This document shows, one piece after another, positions 40,700-49,956 of a DNA stretch of 64,000 nucleotides. The translations under genes and the position numbers were made by a program. Source of the stretch: Bacteriovoracia bacterium (GTDB lineage Bacteria > Bdellovibrionota > UBA1018 > JBFWNL01); the NCBI GenBank assembly GCA_050251055.1, contig JBFWNL010000001.1, forward strand, positions 139,825-203,824, read 5' to 3'. Each line of letters opens with the position of its first letter. The stretch's first letter is position 1. Under the pieces are notes generated by a model, which searched no databases, had not been told where the DNA came from, and was given only the letters and a program-made list of their open reading frames with translations.

Positions 40700-40878
40700 T
40701 TGGGTCCTAATGGGTTAAGCAAGCCCTGGGTACTGACTGACTTCTCTACACAAGTGTAAAACTTTTAGGCAGCAACCTCCAGCCTAAAGAGAAAAAATGG
40801 TGCCTCGATTGACATATAAGACCCAGTAATCCTTGGCAAAACGATTTGGGCCGGAATCCGGGGAGCCAGGCCGGGCGC

Positions 40879-40894
40879 TGGCATTCCCGTTGCT
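40879..40894 (+). promoter_or_regulatory. sigma54 -24/-12 promoter
   Basis: TGGCATTCCCGTTGCT with exact GG-N10-GC spacing. Confidence 0.7.
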
Positions 40895-40938
40895 TTATAA
40901 CTCAGTATGGTTGGCCGAAGGACGCGAGTCCCGCGGCA

Positions 40939-40990
40939 AAGCAGAGCAGAAGTAGAGTTGCACAAAGTTGAGCTGTAAGCAGAGCAGAAG
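40939..40990 (+). repeat. 14-bp direct repeat AAGCAGAGCAGAAG (two copies) in a 5' leader
   Basis: Exact copies at 40939-40952 and 40977-40990. Confidence 0.8.
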
Positions 40991-41001
40991 GAGCTAGTCG
41001 C

Positions 41002-41397
41002 ATGTCCGCTACCCGTGACAAGAATCAGCGTTTCACCTTTCTATATTCCAATCTTTACCAAATTTATCGCCGCGAAAAAGGGGCCGCCTCGGCTCCCGCT
41101 TCAAAACTCGCGCCCCCGAATCCCGTCAATCCCAACGCCTTGAGCGGCCAAGTGCTGAAGGTGGGGGAGCTCAAGGCCGGTGTGGAAGTCCGTCCTTACC
41201 AGCCAGCCGAGATCATTGGCCGTCGCGTCGAAAAACCCGAGTTCCTGCAAGGACGCAACGTCGCCCCGGCGGCGGCGGCGATCGCACCTGCGAATCCCAC
41301 CGTGGAGAGCCTCAAGGAAAACCTGCAGAAGCTCACCGATCTGCATTCGCGTTTAAAGTTCATGTTGCAAGAGCTGGAAGAACTCGTCGAGGAATAA
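41002..41397 (+). CDS. Hypothetical protein (N-terminal helix, Pro/Ala linker, C-terminal coiled coil)
   Basis: AGGAG RBS; C-terminal LKENLQKLTDLHSRLKFMLQELEEL heptads. Confidence 0.8.
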   Translation: MSATRDKNQRFTFLYSNLYQIYRREKGAASAPASKLAPPNPVNPNALSGQVLKVGELKAGVEVRPYQPAEIIGRRVEKPEFLQGRNVAPAAAAIAPANPTVESLKENLQKLTDLHSRLKFMLQELEELVEE

Positions 41398-41408
41398 GTA
41401 AAAACTCA

Positions 41409-42677
41409 TCAAGCCGGTTCGAGCGGCTTGGAGCCCGGGTAAGGCAGGGCGGGCAGGTGAATCCCCGATTCATTCGCAGGCTCTTCCCCCTGCGCCACCC
41501 GTTCGCGCTCACTCGGGCGCGTCTCGGCTACCGGTAAATTTCCCGGAAATTTTGGCTGTTCGGCCCGTACGCGGCCTACATCCTTCTTGTGTATGGGAGC
41601 GGGAGCCCGCCCGTGCTTGGGAAGCGTCACGATCAATTGATCGCCCTCGAAGCGTTTAGAAAGTAGCTTCGGAGCGACGGCGTCCTCGAGCGGGAAGGTC
41701 TGGCTGTATGACTGGAACGCCGTGGTGGTCTTCACCTCGCCGGGGCCTACCTCCAGGCGCTCTTCATTGCGGCGCAGGCCCGTTAGCACTAGCTGATTTC
41801 CCCGAACCGATACCGAAACGTGGCCCTGCTCGTGGGAAGGGATGTTGGCTTTTAGCGTATAGGCGTCGGCGTCGCTCGTGAGATCGGCGTCTAGGTCCAC
41901 CAGACGATAAAACGGGTCGCTTTGGCGGCGGCCATACGCCGAGAGCTTGTCGGAGGTGTCCTGCCGGATTTCGCGGATTTTCTCGGCGGCCCGCGCGTTC
42001 ACGTCCTGGAGCACTTCTTGGTTTTTGGCGATGGACTGATCGTAATGCCCTTTGAAGGTGTTGAAGGCCCGCGCGTTGGCTTGGCCATAAGTAAGGCGCA
42101 TCTTCTCGTACTCGGAATCGGTGGCGGACTTGAGCTTTTGCACCCGCTGCTCGTGCAAGTCGTGGGTGTCGGCAACCTTCATGAGGCCGGCGGATTTTAC
42201 GAGTTCAATATCCTGGTTGGCTTTCTTCTCCTCCGCCGCGAGCGTATTCGCGTTTTTTCCGGTCGTTTCCCGTAACTGTTTTTCCCCGGCACTAGCGTTG
42301 CGGTCGATTTCGTCGCTATAAAACCGCTGCAGGTCGGCGTTGGCTTTCTCCCCGGTCTGTTTCGTACGGGCTAGCTCCGCCGCCTGGGCGCGTTTCAGCT
42401 CCCGCAGCCGCTCATAGCCTTCGTCTTTCTGCTTTTGCAGGGCTTCTTCCTGCTTAGCCGACTCGACGTCGCGATCGGTGGAGTAGCGGTCCCGTAGCTG
42501 ATCGACCTGCGCTTGCTCCTGCTCCTCGGTCTGGCGGATCACCTGCTGGGATTGCATGATGCGCTGGTTGGCATCCTGTTCGGCGCGCGCGGCCCGCTGC
42601 TCGGGCGTCGTTTCGCGCATGTGCATCCGTGCCCCGGCCGGCGGAGAGCCTGAGCTGGGAGGCACGATGGGTGGCAT
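41409..42677 (-). CDS. Long coiled-coil protein with C-terminal Hsp20/alpha-crystallin domain
   Basis: About 250 aa of Q/E/K-rich helix, then YTLKANIP...VSVRGNQLVLTG...FEGDQLIVTLPK. Confidence 0.8.
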   Translation of the reverse strand: MPPIVPPSSGSPPAGARMHMRETTPEQRAARAEQDANQRIMQSQQVIRQTEEQEQAQVDQLRDRYSTDRDVESAKQEEALQKQKDEGYERLRELKRAQAAELARTKQTGEKANADLQRFYSDEIDRNASAGEKQLRETTGKNANTLAAEEKKANQDIELVKSAGLMKVADTHDLHEQRVQKLKSATDSEYEKMRLTYGQANARAFNTFKGHYDQSIAKNQEVLQDVNARAAEKIREIRQDTSDKLSAYGRRQSDPFYRLVDLDADLTSDADAYTLKANIPSHEQGHVSVSVRGNQLVLTGLRRNEERLEVGPGEVKTTTAFQSYSQTFPLEDAVAPKLLSKRFEGDQLIVTLPKHGRAPAPIHKKDVGRVRAEQPKFPGNLPVAETRPSERERVAQGEEPANESGIHLPALPYPGSKPLEPA

Positions 42678-43000
42678 TAGTGCCGAACCTCGTCGGATTC
42701 GAAGAGGTTGTTCTCCACGATATTGAAGTAGGTGACTACGACGAGTTCATAGGTTCGGGGATCGAGCGATTCGAGATAGGCCCGTTTTTGGGAGATCGTC
42801 GGCTGAAGGATGAGCCGCTCCAAGTGATGCTCGACGGAGTAGGCATCGCCATCCGCGCACGGTGTCCGGTTCACGCTTTCAAAGGCGCGGCGGATCGTGT
42901 CGGGCTCGAAGAGCACGTGATTGCCTTGCTTAGATTGTTGAATGAGATATTCGACTTGCGCTAACTCTTTATCCGAAACGGTGATCATGCTCGCCCCCAT
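42677..43000 (-). CDS. Hypothetical protein
   Basis: 107-aa ORF with TAATG stop/start coupling to the Hsp20 gene. Confidence 0.7.
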   Translation of the reverse strand: MGASMITVSDKELAQVEYLIQQSKQGNHVLFEPDTIRRAFESVNRTPCADGDAYSVEHHLERLILQPTISQKRAYLESLDPRTYELVVVTYFNIVENNLFESDEVRH

Positions 43001-43241
43001 CCTTAGGAACTACCGATCGGCCCGCCCTGGCTCCGGGTCACTCATCCATGAGATTCGGAGTTGGACATCTTAAGAACGTCACGGGCCTCGGGGCCTCACT
43101 TCACCCCGTTCAATTAGGTTAGGGAGAATTGGCGCGATTGACAAGCCCAAGAATTTGACGGTGCGCGAACCCAATCGGCCCGGGTCAGGACCGACACGCT
43201 CGATTTGACTACTCGTCGAAGCGGGGGGACAATAATAGGTG

Positions 43242-44318
43242 ATGAGTCGTGCACCGGCTAAAAAGAGTCGTGATAAGGCCCCCGTGGAGCGGCGGAAACA
43301 CCCTCGTTCTTCAGGCAAATCCCGCAAAGGAAGAGCATCGGCGGGGTCTAAGACCGCGGCTCAGGCCCGTGGCAAAGGCGTGGCTGAGCGCACCGTCGAG
43401 CACTGCCAGTCCTGCGAGAAGCATATGAGTCCGGGGGATCGGGCGCTGTTCGTCGAGGAAGAGTTTGGCCGGGTTTTTTGCTCGGAGGACTGCATCGTCA
43501 CGTATTTCACGCCCGAAATCGAGCGGTTGGAACGTGAATATTACGAAAATCTTTCAAAAGAGGATCTGACCGGCGACGAGCGCGAAAGCCTTGCCGACCT
43601 GCGTTGGAAGTCTCTCGATGAACCTTCCGAAGTGTGGCGAACGAAAACGCTCTCGGGAGATTACGTCTACAGTCTCATTGGCGCTTTCAATGTCGGCGAT
43701 CGAACGGTTTGGTGCATTAACCTCTGCTTGTTCCTGTACGGAGAGCCGAGCTTTCTGTTCTTGTCGTTCCTCACGGCCGACGCGAATCTGGTCGATTTTT
43801 ATCGCCGCGGGGAGCGCTATCATATGAAGAAAGGTGGCCAGGCCGCCGCGCAAGAACGTGGGGAGGGTGCCCCTTCTTCTAGCCAAGAGGGCGAGTCGGG
43901 ACTCCCGACCGACGGACTGGCCGAGCCTTGGACGCATGACGAGCTCTTTCGTGCTCGCCTCACTCAGATGCGCTCGGACGATGACGTGCCCATCGAGGAG
44001 TTCACGCGTTACGAAGCCTGCATGGAAGAAACCCTCAACAAACCCGATGAAGTTTGGGTTGTGGAAACGGGGTCGCCCGCCGATGCGTCTGCCGGCGAAG
44101 AGGGCGTGCAGCTATTTCATTTCATGAAGCAGTACAAGGACGAGGAGCCAAACGTTTGGTACATCGTCATCGCCCGTGGAACGGAAACGGAAGATCAGCT
44201 CGAAGTGCTGGACGCCTTTCCGACGCGGGATCGCCATCTCGTCGATCACTACCGCGTGGGTCGCGAGGAGTCCGCTGCGCCTACGACGCCGCTCGGCAGC
44301 AGCCGCCTGGTGCATTAA
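43242..44318 (+). CDS. Zn-finger plus duplicated PBECR2-like domain protein
   Basis: CQSC...FCSEDC; two related modules beginning SLDEPSEVW and TLNKPDEVW. Confidence 0.7.
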   Translation: MSRAPAKKSRDKAPVERRKHPRSSGKSRKGRASAGSKTAAQARGKGVAERTVEHCQSCEKHMSPGDRALFVEEEFGRVFCSEDCIVTYFTPEIERLEREYYENLSKEDLTGDERESLADLRWKSLDEPSEVWRTKTLSGDYVYSLIGAFNVGDRTVWCINLCLFLYGEPSFLFLSFLTADANLVDFYRRGERYHMKKGGQAAAQERGEGAPSSSQEGESGLPTDGLAEPWTHDELFRARLTQMRSDDDVPIEEFTRYEACMEETLNKPDEVWVVETGSPADASAGEEGVQLFHFMKQYKDEEPNVWYIVIARGTETEDQLEVLDAFPTRDRHLVDHYRVGREESAAPTTPLGSSRLVH

Positions 44319-44363
44319 TTCCAGTACGAAGTTTTTTCCAATCGAGTTGATGCGGGATTCGGC

Positions 44364-44993
44364 CTACAGCGTTCCGTACGACCAGTAGCCCGAGTTCGCC
44401 GGCTGGCCGATGATTTCGCGCGGACAGATCTGGGGGTTGCCCGTAATGAGGCAATCGTTCATCTGATTCGGAAACTGTCCGCGGCCTTCCACGATGAATA
44501 CGCCTTGTACCGACGCGCCGCTAAAATCAAACTCCGCTTCGCCGTCCCCGTTCAGCGGATGGCACTGGCGGAGCGCGTTCGTGACGCCGCCGTTGGGATT
44601 GGGCGGGCCGTCCGGGATGGGAACCAAGTATCCGCTTTCTACGAGCGCCGGATATACGCAAATCATCGTGGATGAGGACCCGGAGAAAGATGCCGGCAGC
44701 AGGTTGCCGCTGACTTTCAGACGCGAGCCGTTTTTGCAAACCTTGAACATGCCGACGAGGAAGCCTCCGCCGACGTTGGCCATCCAGTTATCGTAAGGCA
44801 TGGCGTTGTAGTATTCCGGGCATTCGTAGCCGTCGCCGCTGGATCCCGCCTGCGCGTACTGCGCTTTGTTGCCGCGGTTCGCGAGGCGCGGATTGTAGGC
44901 CGCGCAAGAGCTGGCTAAGATCACGGCTAAGCCCGCCGCTAAGAATGCGAGGGCGCGTTGGCGTTCTGCTCTACGGTGTTTGAAAGTTTTCAT
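44364..44993 (-). CDS. Cys-containing hypothetical lipoprotein
   Basis: Basic N-terminus, hydrophobic stretch, LASSC lipobox; six further Cys. Confidence 0.75.
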   Translation of the reverse strand: MKTFKHRRAERQRALAFLAAGLAVILASSCAAYNPRLANRGNKAQYAQAGSSGDGYECPEYYNAMPYDNWMANVGGGFLVGMFKVCKNGSRLKVSGNLLPASFSGSSSTMICVYPALVESGYLVPIPDGPPNPNGGVTNALRQCHPLNGDGEAEFDFSGASVQGVFIVEGRGQFPNQMNDCLITGNPQICPREIIGQPANSGYWSYGTL

Positions 44994-45008
44994 ATTGAAT
45001 CTAGATAA

Positions 45009-45024
45009 AGCAAGTGGGGTGCCA
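45009..45024 (-). promoter_or_regulatory. sigma54 -24/-12 promoter
   Basis: Minus strand TGGCACCCCACTTGCT, near-consensus. Confidence 0.75.
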
Positions 45025-45105
45025 GATGATACTGAGGTCAAAAGCACGTGAAACCCGTGGTTTACGATCCGCGCCCTGTCTAGTTTTAGAACAGGTGTGA
45101 CTACG

Positions 45106-45130
45106 AAAGAAATGTGTCCGCGCGGACACA
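45106..45130 (-). terminator. Intrinsic terminator after lnt
   Basis: TGTGTCC-GCGC-GGACACA hairpin followed by TTTCTTT on the minus strand. Confidence 0.65.
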
Positions 45131-45143
45131 AGGTACGCGGGGA

Positions 45144-46910
45144 TTACCGTGCTTTGGCCCGTCCGCGGCTGGCGGAGGGCGACGGCCAGACGAGAAAGAT
45201 CACGCCCAGAATGGCGAGCAGGAGGCAGAAGCGGCCGAACCAATCGCCCCACTTTAAGAAGAGCGTGCTGGGCGGCGGAAACGACTTCACCGTAACGTTC
45301 ACGTACGCTTTGGAGAAAACCTCGGTTGCCTGGGTGATCTCGCCGTCGGGCCTAATCAAGGTCGTGATTCCCGTATTGGTGGCTCGTAGCTGGGGCAGAT
45401 GGGTCTCGATGCTGCGGAAGGCGCTGAGCGCCAGATGCAGGTGCGGCTCGCCGAAGGGACCGAACCAGGAATCGTTGGTGATATTGAGAATGAGGCGCGA
45501 ACCCTTGCGCGCGGCCTCGCGAGAGAATTCAGGGAAGAGCGCTTCGTAGCAGATGATGGGGCTAAACTGGAGGTACCGGTCGGGAATCGGCGCGGTTTTT
45601 TTTCCTTTGTTGGCGCCGGTTTTAGGCGGAGTGCTGGTGAGGCGCACTCGGTAGACGGTGGGGCCGGGACCTTGGCCAAAGAAGCCCATTTGCGGGAAGA
45701 GCTTCTTCGCGTCGAAAAAATACTGGGCAAGGGGAATGTACTCGCCGAAAGGAAGCAGGATGTGCTTGTGGTAAATCTGCAAATCCGCTTCGCTGGCCGG
45801 ACGCTCAAGCGGGATTCCGCCCTGGGCGGAGGCCAGCAGCGCCGGGTCGGGCTCGGGCGTCAGAAAAAAGAAGGAATTGTAGTCCTGGCGGTCTTTGGTG
45901 TCGTAGCCGCCAAAGAGCAGGGGGACGCGATTTTCCCGGGAAAAAGTTTCGAGGCGCTGATCGTAGCGAAGCTCGTTGGAGGTGAGCGGCGTGCGAAAGG
46001 TCGAGGGGTAAGAGGTTTCCGGCCAGATGATGGCTTCGGGCTTGGGGGTAGAGGCTAGGGCCTTTTCGGAAAGCTCGATGTACTGGCTAATGATGCGGTC
46101 GGCGGCGGCGGCCACGCCGGTTTCGGCCGCGACTTTTTCGAAGTCCCCGATATTCGCTTGTACCGCGGCGAGTTGGGTTTGTTCGGTGGAGGCTTCCCAA
46201 AGCGCGTGAAGTTCGGTCGCGCGCGCGCGACCGTAGAGCGTGGCGAGCACGCAAAGCAAAACGGATCCCGCGAGCGCCGGAAGGTGGGCGCGCAGCGCCG
46301 GCCAGAGGCTAGGCTGCTCGCGGTGACGGATGGCGAGATAAATCTGCGCCAGCGCGTGATTGACGAGAAAGATCAGTCCGGTGAGGACACTGGCGCCGCC
46401 CAGGTCGGCGACCTGGCGAATCCAACCGCGGTTGAACTGGGAGTGGCCCAAAGTATCGAGCCAGAGCTTCGGCAAAATCCAATCGATGCCGGTGTAAAGA
46501 ACGCCCGCCGCGAGCCAGGCGACAAGCGGGGACCAGGCACGCTTACGTGGCACGCGGCGCAGGTAGTGATAGGCGAGGGAGAATACGATAAACTGCGGCT
46601 CGCAAACGAGGCTAAAGACCAAGAGCGCCAAGATGCAGAGTACCCACGGCAGCTGCCCGAACTGGTGCATCGCGTACGCCATCCAGGAAAACCCCCCGAC
46701 GGTCATGACGGCACCCGTCCAAAGCCCCGAAAAGGCCGCCTGGAGAGGCGTTTTCGCCCGTTGCAGGAGGATCAGCCAGGGGACGAGCGCGATCCAGATC
46801 AGGAACGAGAGATTCCACGGCGGGAAGGAAACCACGATGAGCGCGCCGCTGAGGACGGAAAGCCAGGAGAACGAGATTTTGAGGCGGCGTAGGGCGAGCA
46901 CGGGGTTCAT
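45144..46910 (-). CDS. lnt: Apolipoprotein N-acyltransferase
   Basis: TM N-terminus; VQANI, WPET, YHKHILLPFGEYIP, ICYE, TNDSWFG and RATNTG. Confidence 0.95.
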   Translation of the reverse strand: MNPVLALRRLKISFSWLSVLSGALIVVSFPPWNLSFLIWIALVPWLILLQRAKTPLQAAFSGLWTGAVMTVGGFSWMAYAMHQFGQLPWVLCILALLVFSLVCEPQFIVFSLAYHYLRRVPRKRAWSPLVAWLAAGVLYTGIDWILPKLWLDTLGHSQFNRGWIRQVADLGGASVLTGLIFLVNHALAQIYLAIRHREQPSLWPALRAHLPALAGSVLLCVLATLYGRARATELHALWEASTEQTQLAAVQANIGDFEKVAAETGVAAAADRIISQYIELSEKALASTPKPEAIIWPETSYPSTFRTPLTSNELRYDQRLETFSRENRVPLLFGGYDTKDRQDYNSFFFLTPEPDPALLASAQGGIPLERPASEADLQIYHKHILLPFGEYIPLAQYFFDAKKLFPQMGFFGQGPGPTVYRVRLTSTPPKTGANKGKKTAPIPDRYLQFSPIICYEALFPEFSREAARKGSRLILNITNDSWFGPFGEPHLHLALSAFRSIETHLPQLRATNTGITTLIRPDGEITQATEVFSKAYVNVTVKSFPPPSTLFLKWGDWFGRFCLLLAILGVIFLVWPSPSASRGRAKAR

Positions 46911-46961
46911 GATACCCGGGGAAACGCCGATTTTTAAAGGGAATTCTGGCCCCGGGGAGGG

Positions 46962-48221
46962 TTAAACCACACGTCGCTTGCCGCGTTTGATCGTCTTCTT
47001 GGCCGGGGCCTTCTTTTCCGGCGCGGGCGTGACGGCTGGCGCGGATGAGGGATCGAGGTTCGCTTGCAACTTGGTGAGCGCGGCGAGCGCGTTTACGCGT
47101 CCACCGGTGGCGACCTTGTTTTCGAGCTGGGGGAGCTTGTCGACTGAGTCCATGATGATGCGCTTGACCTGAGCCGGAGTGAGGCTCGGATTTTTGGACA
47201 GCAGCAGCGCCGCGATGCCCGAGACGAATGCCGTGGCTTGCGAGGTGCCGGACATGTAGCCGTAACGACCGCCCGGCAACGTGCTGTAGATGTTCTCACC
47301 GGGGGCGGCGACTTCAACCTTGGTTTTGCCCCAGTTAGATGAGGCGAGCAAGTTGTTGTTGATGTCGGTGGCGGCGACCGAGAGGATGTTGCTTAGGCCG
47401 TAGGCCGAAGGATAGTAATAGTGCTCGGGGGCGTCGGTGTTCTGGTGCTCGTTGCCGGCGGCGGCGACGAAAAGGATGCCCTGAGCTTCGGCACGTTTGA
47501 TAGCGAGGTATTCCTCGCGCGAAAATTCAGGCCCGCCGCCGCTATAGTTGATGATACGGGCGCCGTGATCGATGGCGTAATGGATCGCTCGGACGGTGTT
47601 GTTGAGATTCACCGGACCGGGGTTGGAGTCCGAGTAATACTTCACCGACATAATCGAAACTTGGTGGGCTACGCCGCTGACGCCCGTGATGGGGTTCGCC
47701 ACGGCGCCGATAATGCCCGCGACGTGGGTGCCGTGGCCGTGGTTGTCGGCGGGATTGGGCTGGTTGCGCACGAAATCCCAGCCGTAGACGTCTTTGCTGA
47801 ATTTACTGGTAAGGCCGCGACCCCGTTTGGCGTCACTGCTCCCGCTGCTGACATCCTTTTGGGCCCATACGTTTTGGCGCAGATCGGGGTGGGAGGAGTC
47901 CAGGCCCGTGTCGATCACGGCGACGAGTACGTTGCGCGAGCCTTCGGTGATTTTCCAGGCCTCGACGGCGTTGATATGCGAGCGGCCCTGATCGTTGATC
48001 AGGCCCCAGTTCTTGTAGCCCTGAGGGATGACTTTCTTGGCGCCCGGCACGACTGCGGCCAGATGGCGTGCGATGTCGCCGAAGGAGCTAGCGAAGGGTG
48101 CTGATCCTGACAGGCCGACCCAGGCGACGCCGAGGGTGGCGACCAAGCCGAAGGCGGCGAGGGTGCGGGAGAAAAATTTCTTTTCGGGGGATTTTGGTGG
48201 CGACGGCTGCATTGGGTTCAT
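46962..48221 (-). CDS. Subtilisin-like S8 serine peptidase
   Basis: VAVIDTG, HGTHVAG, AAAGN and SGTSQA; start set downstream of the sigma54 site. Confidence 0.93.
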   Translation of the reverse strand: MNPMQPSPPKSPEKKFFSRTLAAFGLVATLGVAWVGLSGSAPFASSFGDIARHLAAVVPGAKKVIPQGYKNWGLINDQGRSHINAVEAWKITEGSRNVLVAVIDTGLDSSHPDLRQNVWAQKDVSSGSSDAKRGRGLTSKFSKDVYGWDFVRNQPNPADNHGHGTHVAGIIGAVANPITGVSGVAHQVSIMSVKYYSDSNPGPVNLNNTVRAIHYAIDHGARIINYSGGGPEFSREEYLAIKRAEAQGILFVAAAGNEHQNTDAPEHYYYPSAYGLSNILSVAATDINNNLLASSNWGKTKVEVAAPGENIYSTLPGGRYGYMSGTSQATAFVSGIAALLLSKNPSLTPAQVKRIIMDSVDKLPQLENKVATGGRVNALAALTKLQANLDPSSAPAVTPAPEKKAPAKKTIKRGKRRVV

Positions 48222-48289
48222 CTCTACTTCCACGCTTTCCACTGCTACGGCTGCGGACGCGAACTCAGCGCCCTTCTCAGGGCTACTAG

Positions 48290-48305
48290 AGCAAGGGGTA
48301 TGCCG
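48290..48305 (-). promoter_or_regulatory. sigma54 -24/-12 promoter of the S8 peptidase
   Basis: Minus strand CGGCATACCCCTTGCT with GG-N10-GC spacing. Confidence 0.6.
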
Positions 48306-48541
48306 GGCAAGGAATGCCGAGAGGAGAACGCTCATTTATTTTAAGCCTTAAGTATCCAGCGGTTGCTGGCGGTCAGGTCGCTTTTCACGCCCCGAGAAAG
48401 GGGCGATTCTGTCTAAACATTGGTCAGCTGTGTGACTGCCAAGTAGTCGCCTAGGCAGGGCCCAATTTCGTGGGCGCCAGGGGACTGGCGATCAATCCCG
48501 ACCAATTTAGGCCTAGAGAATGACTAGCCGATGCGTAGGAC

Positions 48542-49474
48542 ATGAGGTTGTCCTGGGCGGCTTCCGCCGTCGCGCTATATGCAATCCTAGGAGTTCAGCT
48601 CGCGATGCCTTCGGCGGGGCTGGAGACCGTCTCGGCCGAGTCCCTTACCATTTCGAATGTCATCCAATACCTGCGAGCGACGCCGACGGGAACGAAGCTG
48701 CTGGCGCGCGCCCAGCGCCGCTGGAAATTGCGTTCGCTCGAGGAGCTCGTATCCCGCCTGAAATGGAGCGCGGTTTCGCGCACCGATGCCGTGCTTACCC
48801 GCCACCTGGACGCCCACACCGGCGAAGAAGTCCGCGACCGGGAGGTTACGATATACCTGAAGCGCCACCCTCAGGCCGTGGACACGATATTGGATTTGGC
48901 CCACGAGCTGACGCACGCCGTGGCGAACCCGCACTGGGATCCGTATGATCCGGAACTCACCGTGGGCAAGTACATCTGGCATGCCATCGAAGGCGAAGGC
49001 GGGGAAGTGGATGCCGTCGTGAGCGAGTGCCAGGTCGCGCTGGAGATTTCGCAGGCGAACACTCGAGGGGGGCCACGGGTTTCCGAAGAGCGCTGCGCGC
49101 GTTACCTCACCTGGGATAAGGTGGCGGGCCGCGTGGATCGCACTCGGGTGCAGCAGGACTTTTATAAAGTGGGCGGGCTGAAGTCGCGCATTACTGACAT
49201 GCTGGGAAGGGAGGCGGGGATGTTCCCGCTGCTTTCAGGCGCCCGCGCCGAGCTTTTCTCTTCGACCGGCAAATCGCCTTACCCAGCGGCCTTGGCCGAG
49301 GAGTTCCACGAAATGAACCGCATGGCTTGCGTGAATACGCGGAAACGCTTCACGCTGCTGCGCTCGCCTGCCTCCGAGATGGCGCAGCCGAATCGTTCCG
49401 ACCGCGTGCGTTCCCGGGAGTCGACCCTCCGATTTCTCTCCAAACGCTGCGGGAGTATCGATTGGAGCGGCTAA
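48542..49474 (+). CDS. Secreted hypothetical protein with HEXXH motif
   Basis: Signal peptide; LAHELTHA followed by GEVDA. Confidence 0.75.
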   Translation: MRLSWAASAVALYAILGVQLAMPSAGLETVSAESLTISNVIQYLRATPTGTKLLARAQRRWKLRSLEELVSRLKWSAVSRTDAVLTRHLDAHTGEEVRDREVTIYLKRHPQAVDTILDLAHELTHAVANPHWDPYDPELTVGKYIWHAIEGEGGEVDAVVSECQVALEISQANTRGGPRVSEERCARYLTWDKVAGRVDRTRVQQDFYKVGGLKSRITDMLGREAGMFPLLSGARAELFSSTGKSPYPAALAEEFHEMNRMACVNTRKRFTLLRSPASEMAQPNRSDRVRSRESTLRFLSKRCGSIDWSG

Positions 49475-49956
49475 TCCTCATCCGGCACGCTCACCGGGAC
49501 ACCTCCGAGCGGGAAAAAGACAACGGCCTCGATAAACTAGGTAAACGGCAAGCCAAAGCGTTAGCTGGGCTCTTCCGTACGCTCGAAGGGAAGAAGTCCG
49601 AGCCTCTACTCGTCTCAAGCCCGAAGAAACGCTGCCGCGAGACGCTGGAACCGATCGCTGAACTGACCGATAGTGAAGTCGAAGCTCATCCGCTATTAGA
49701 CGAACAGCATGGGTTCGAGGACATGCGTACGTTTGAGCTGCGGATTCGCGATTTCTTCAAGTGGCTCGACGGGCAGAAAAAAAATGAAATCGTCGTGGCT
49801 TGCTCACACGGTGATTGGCTTCCCATCGCGCTCGAGATGTCGACCGGAGCGCGCGCGTTCACCGAAAAAGCCTCTTACGCTGAACTTCGCCGTCTAGGCT
49901 CCCGCTGGGTGCTCTACCAGCTGGTTCAAGATCCTACGGAATTCGACGGCAGTTAA
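49462..49956 (+). CDS. Histidine phosphatase family protein (SixA-like)
   Basis: LIRHA, SSPKKRCRET and CSHG; TTG start after GGGAG. Confidence 0.85.
   Translation: MERLILIRHAHRDTSEREKDNGLDKLGKRQAKALAGLFRTLEGKKSEPLLVSSPKKRCRETLEPIAELTDSEVEAHPLLDEQHGFEDMRTFELRIRDFFKWLDGQKKNEIVVACSHGDWLPIALEMSTGARAFTEKASYAELRRLGSRWVLYQLVQDPTEFDGS

Noticed and set aside
40939-40990. CRISPR-like repeat-spacer unit
   Set aside because: Only two 14-bp copies, non-palindromic, and no cas genes in the window
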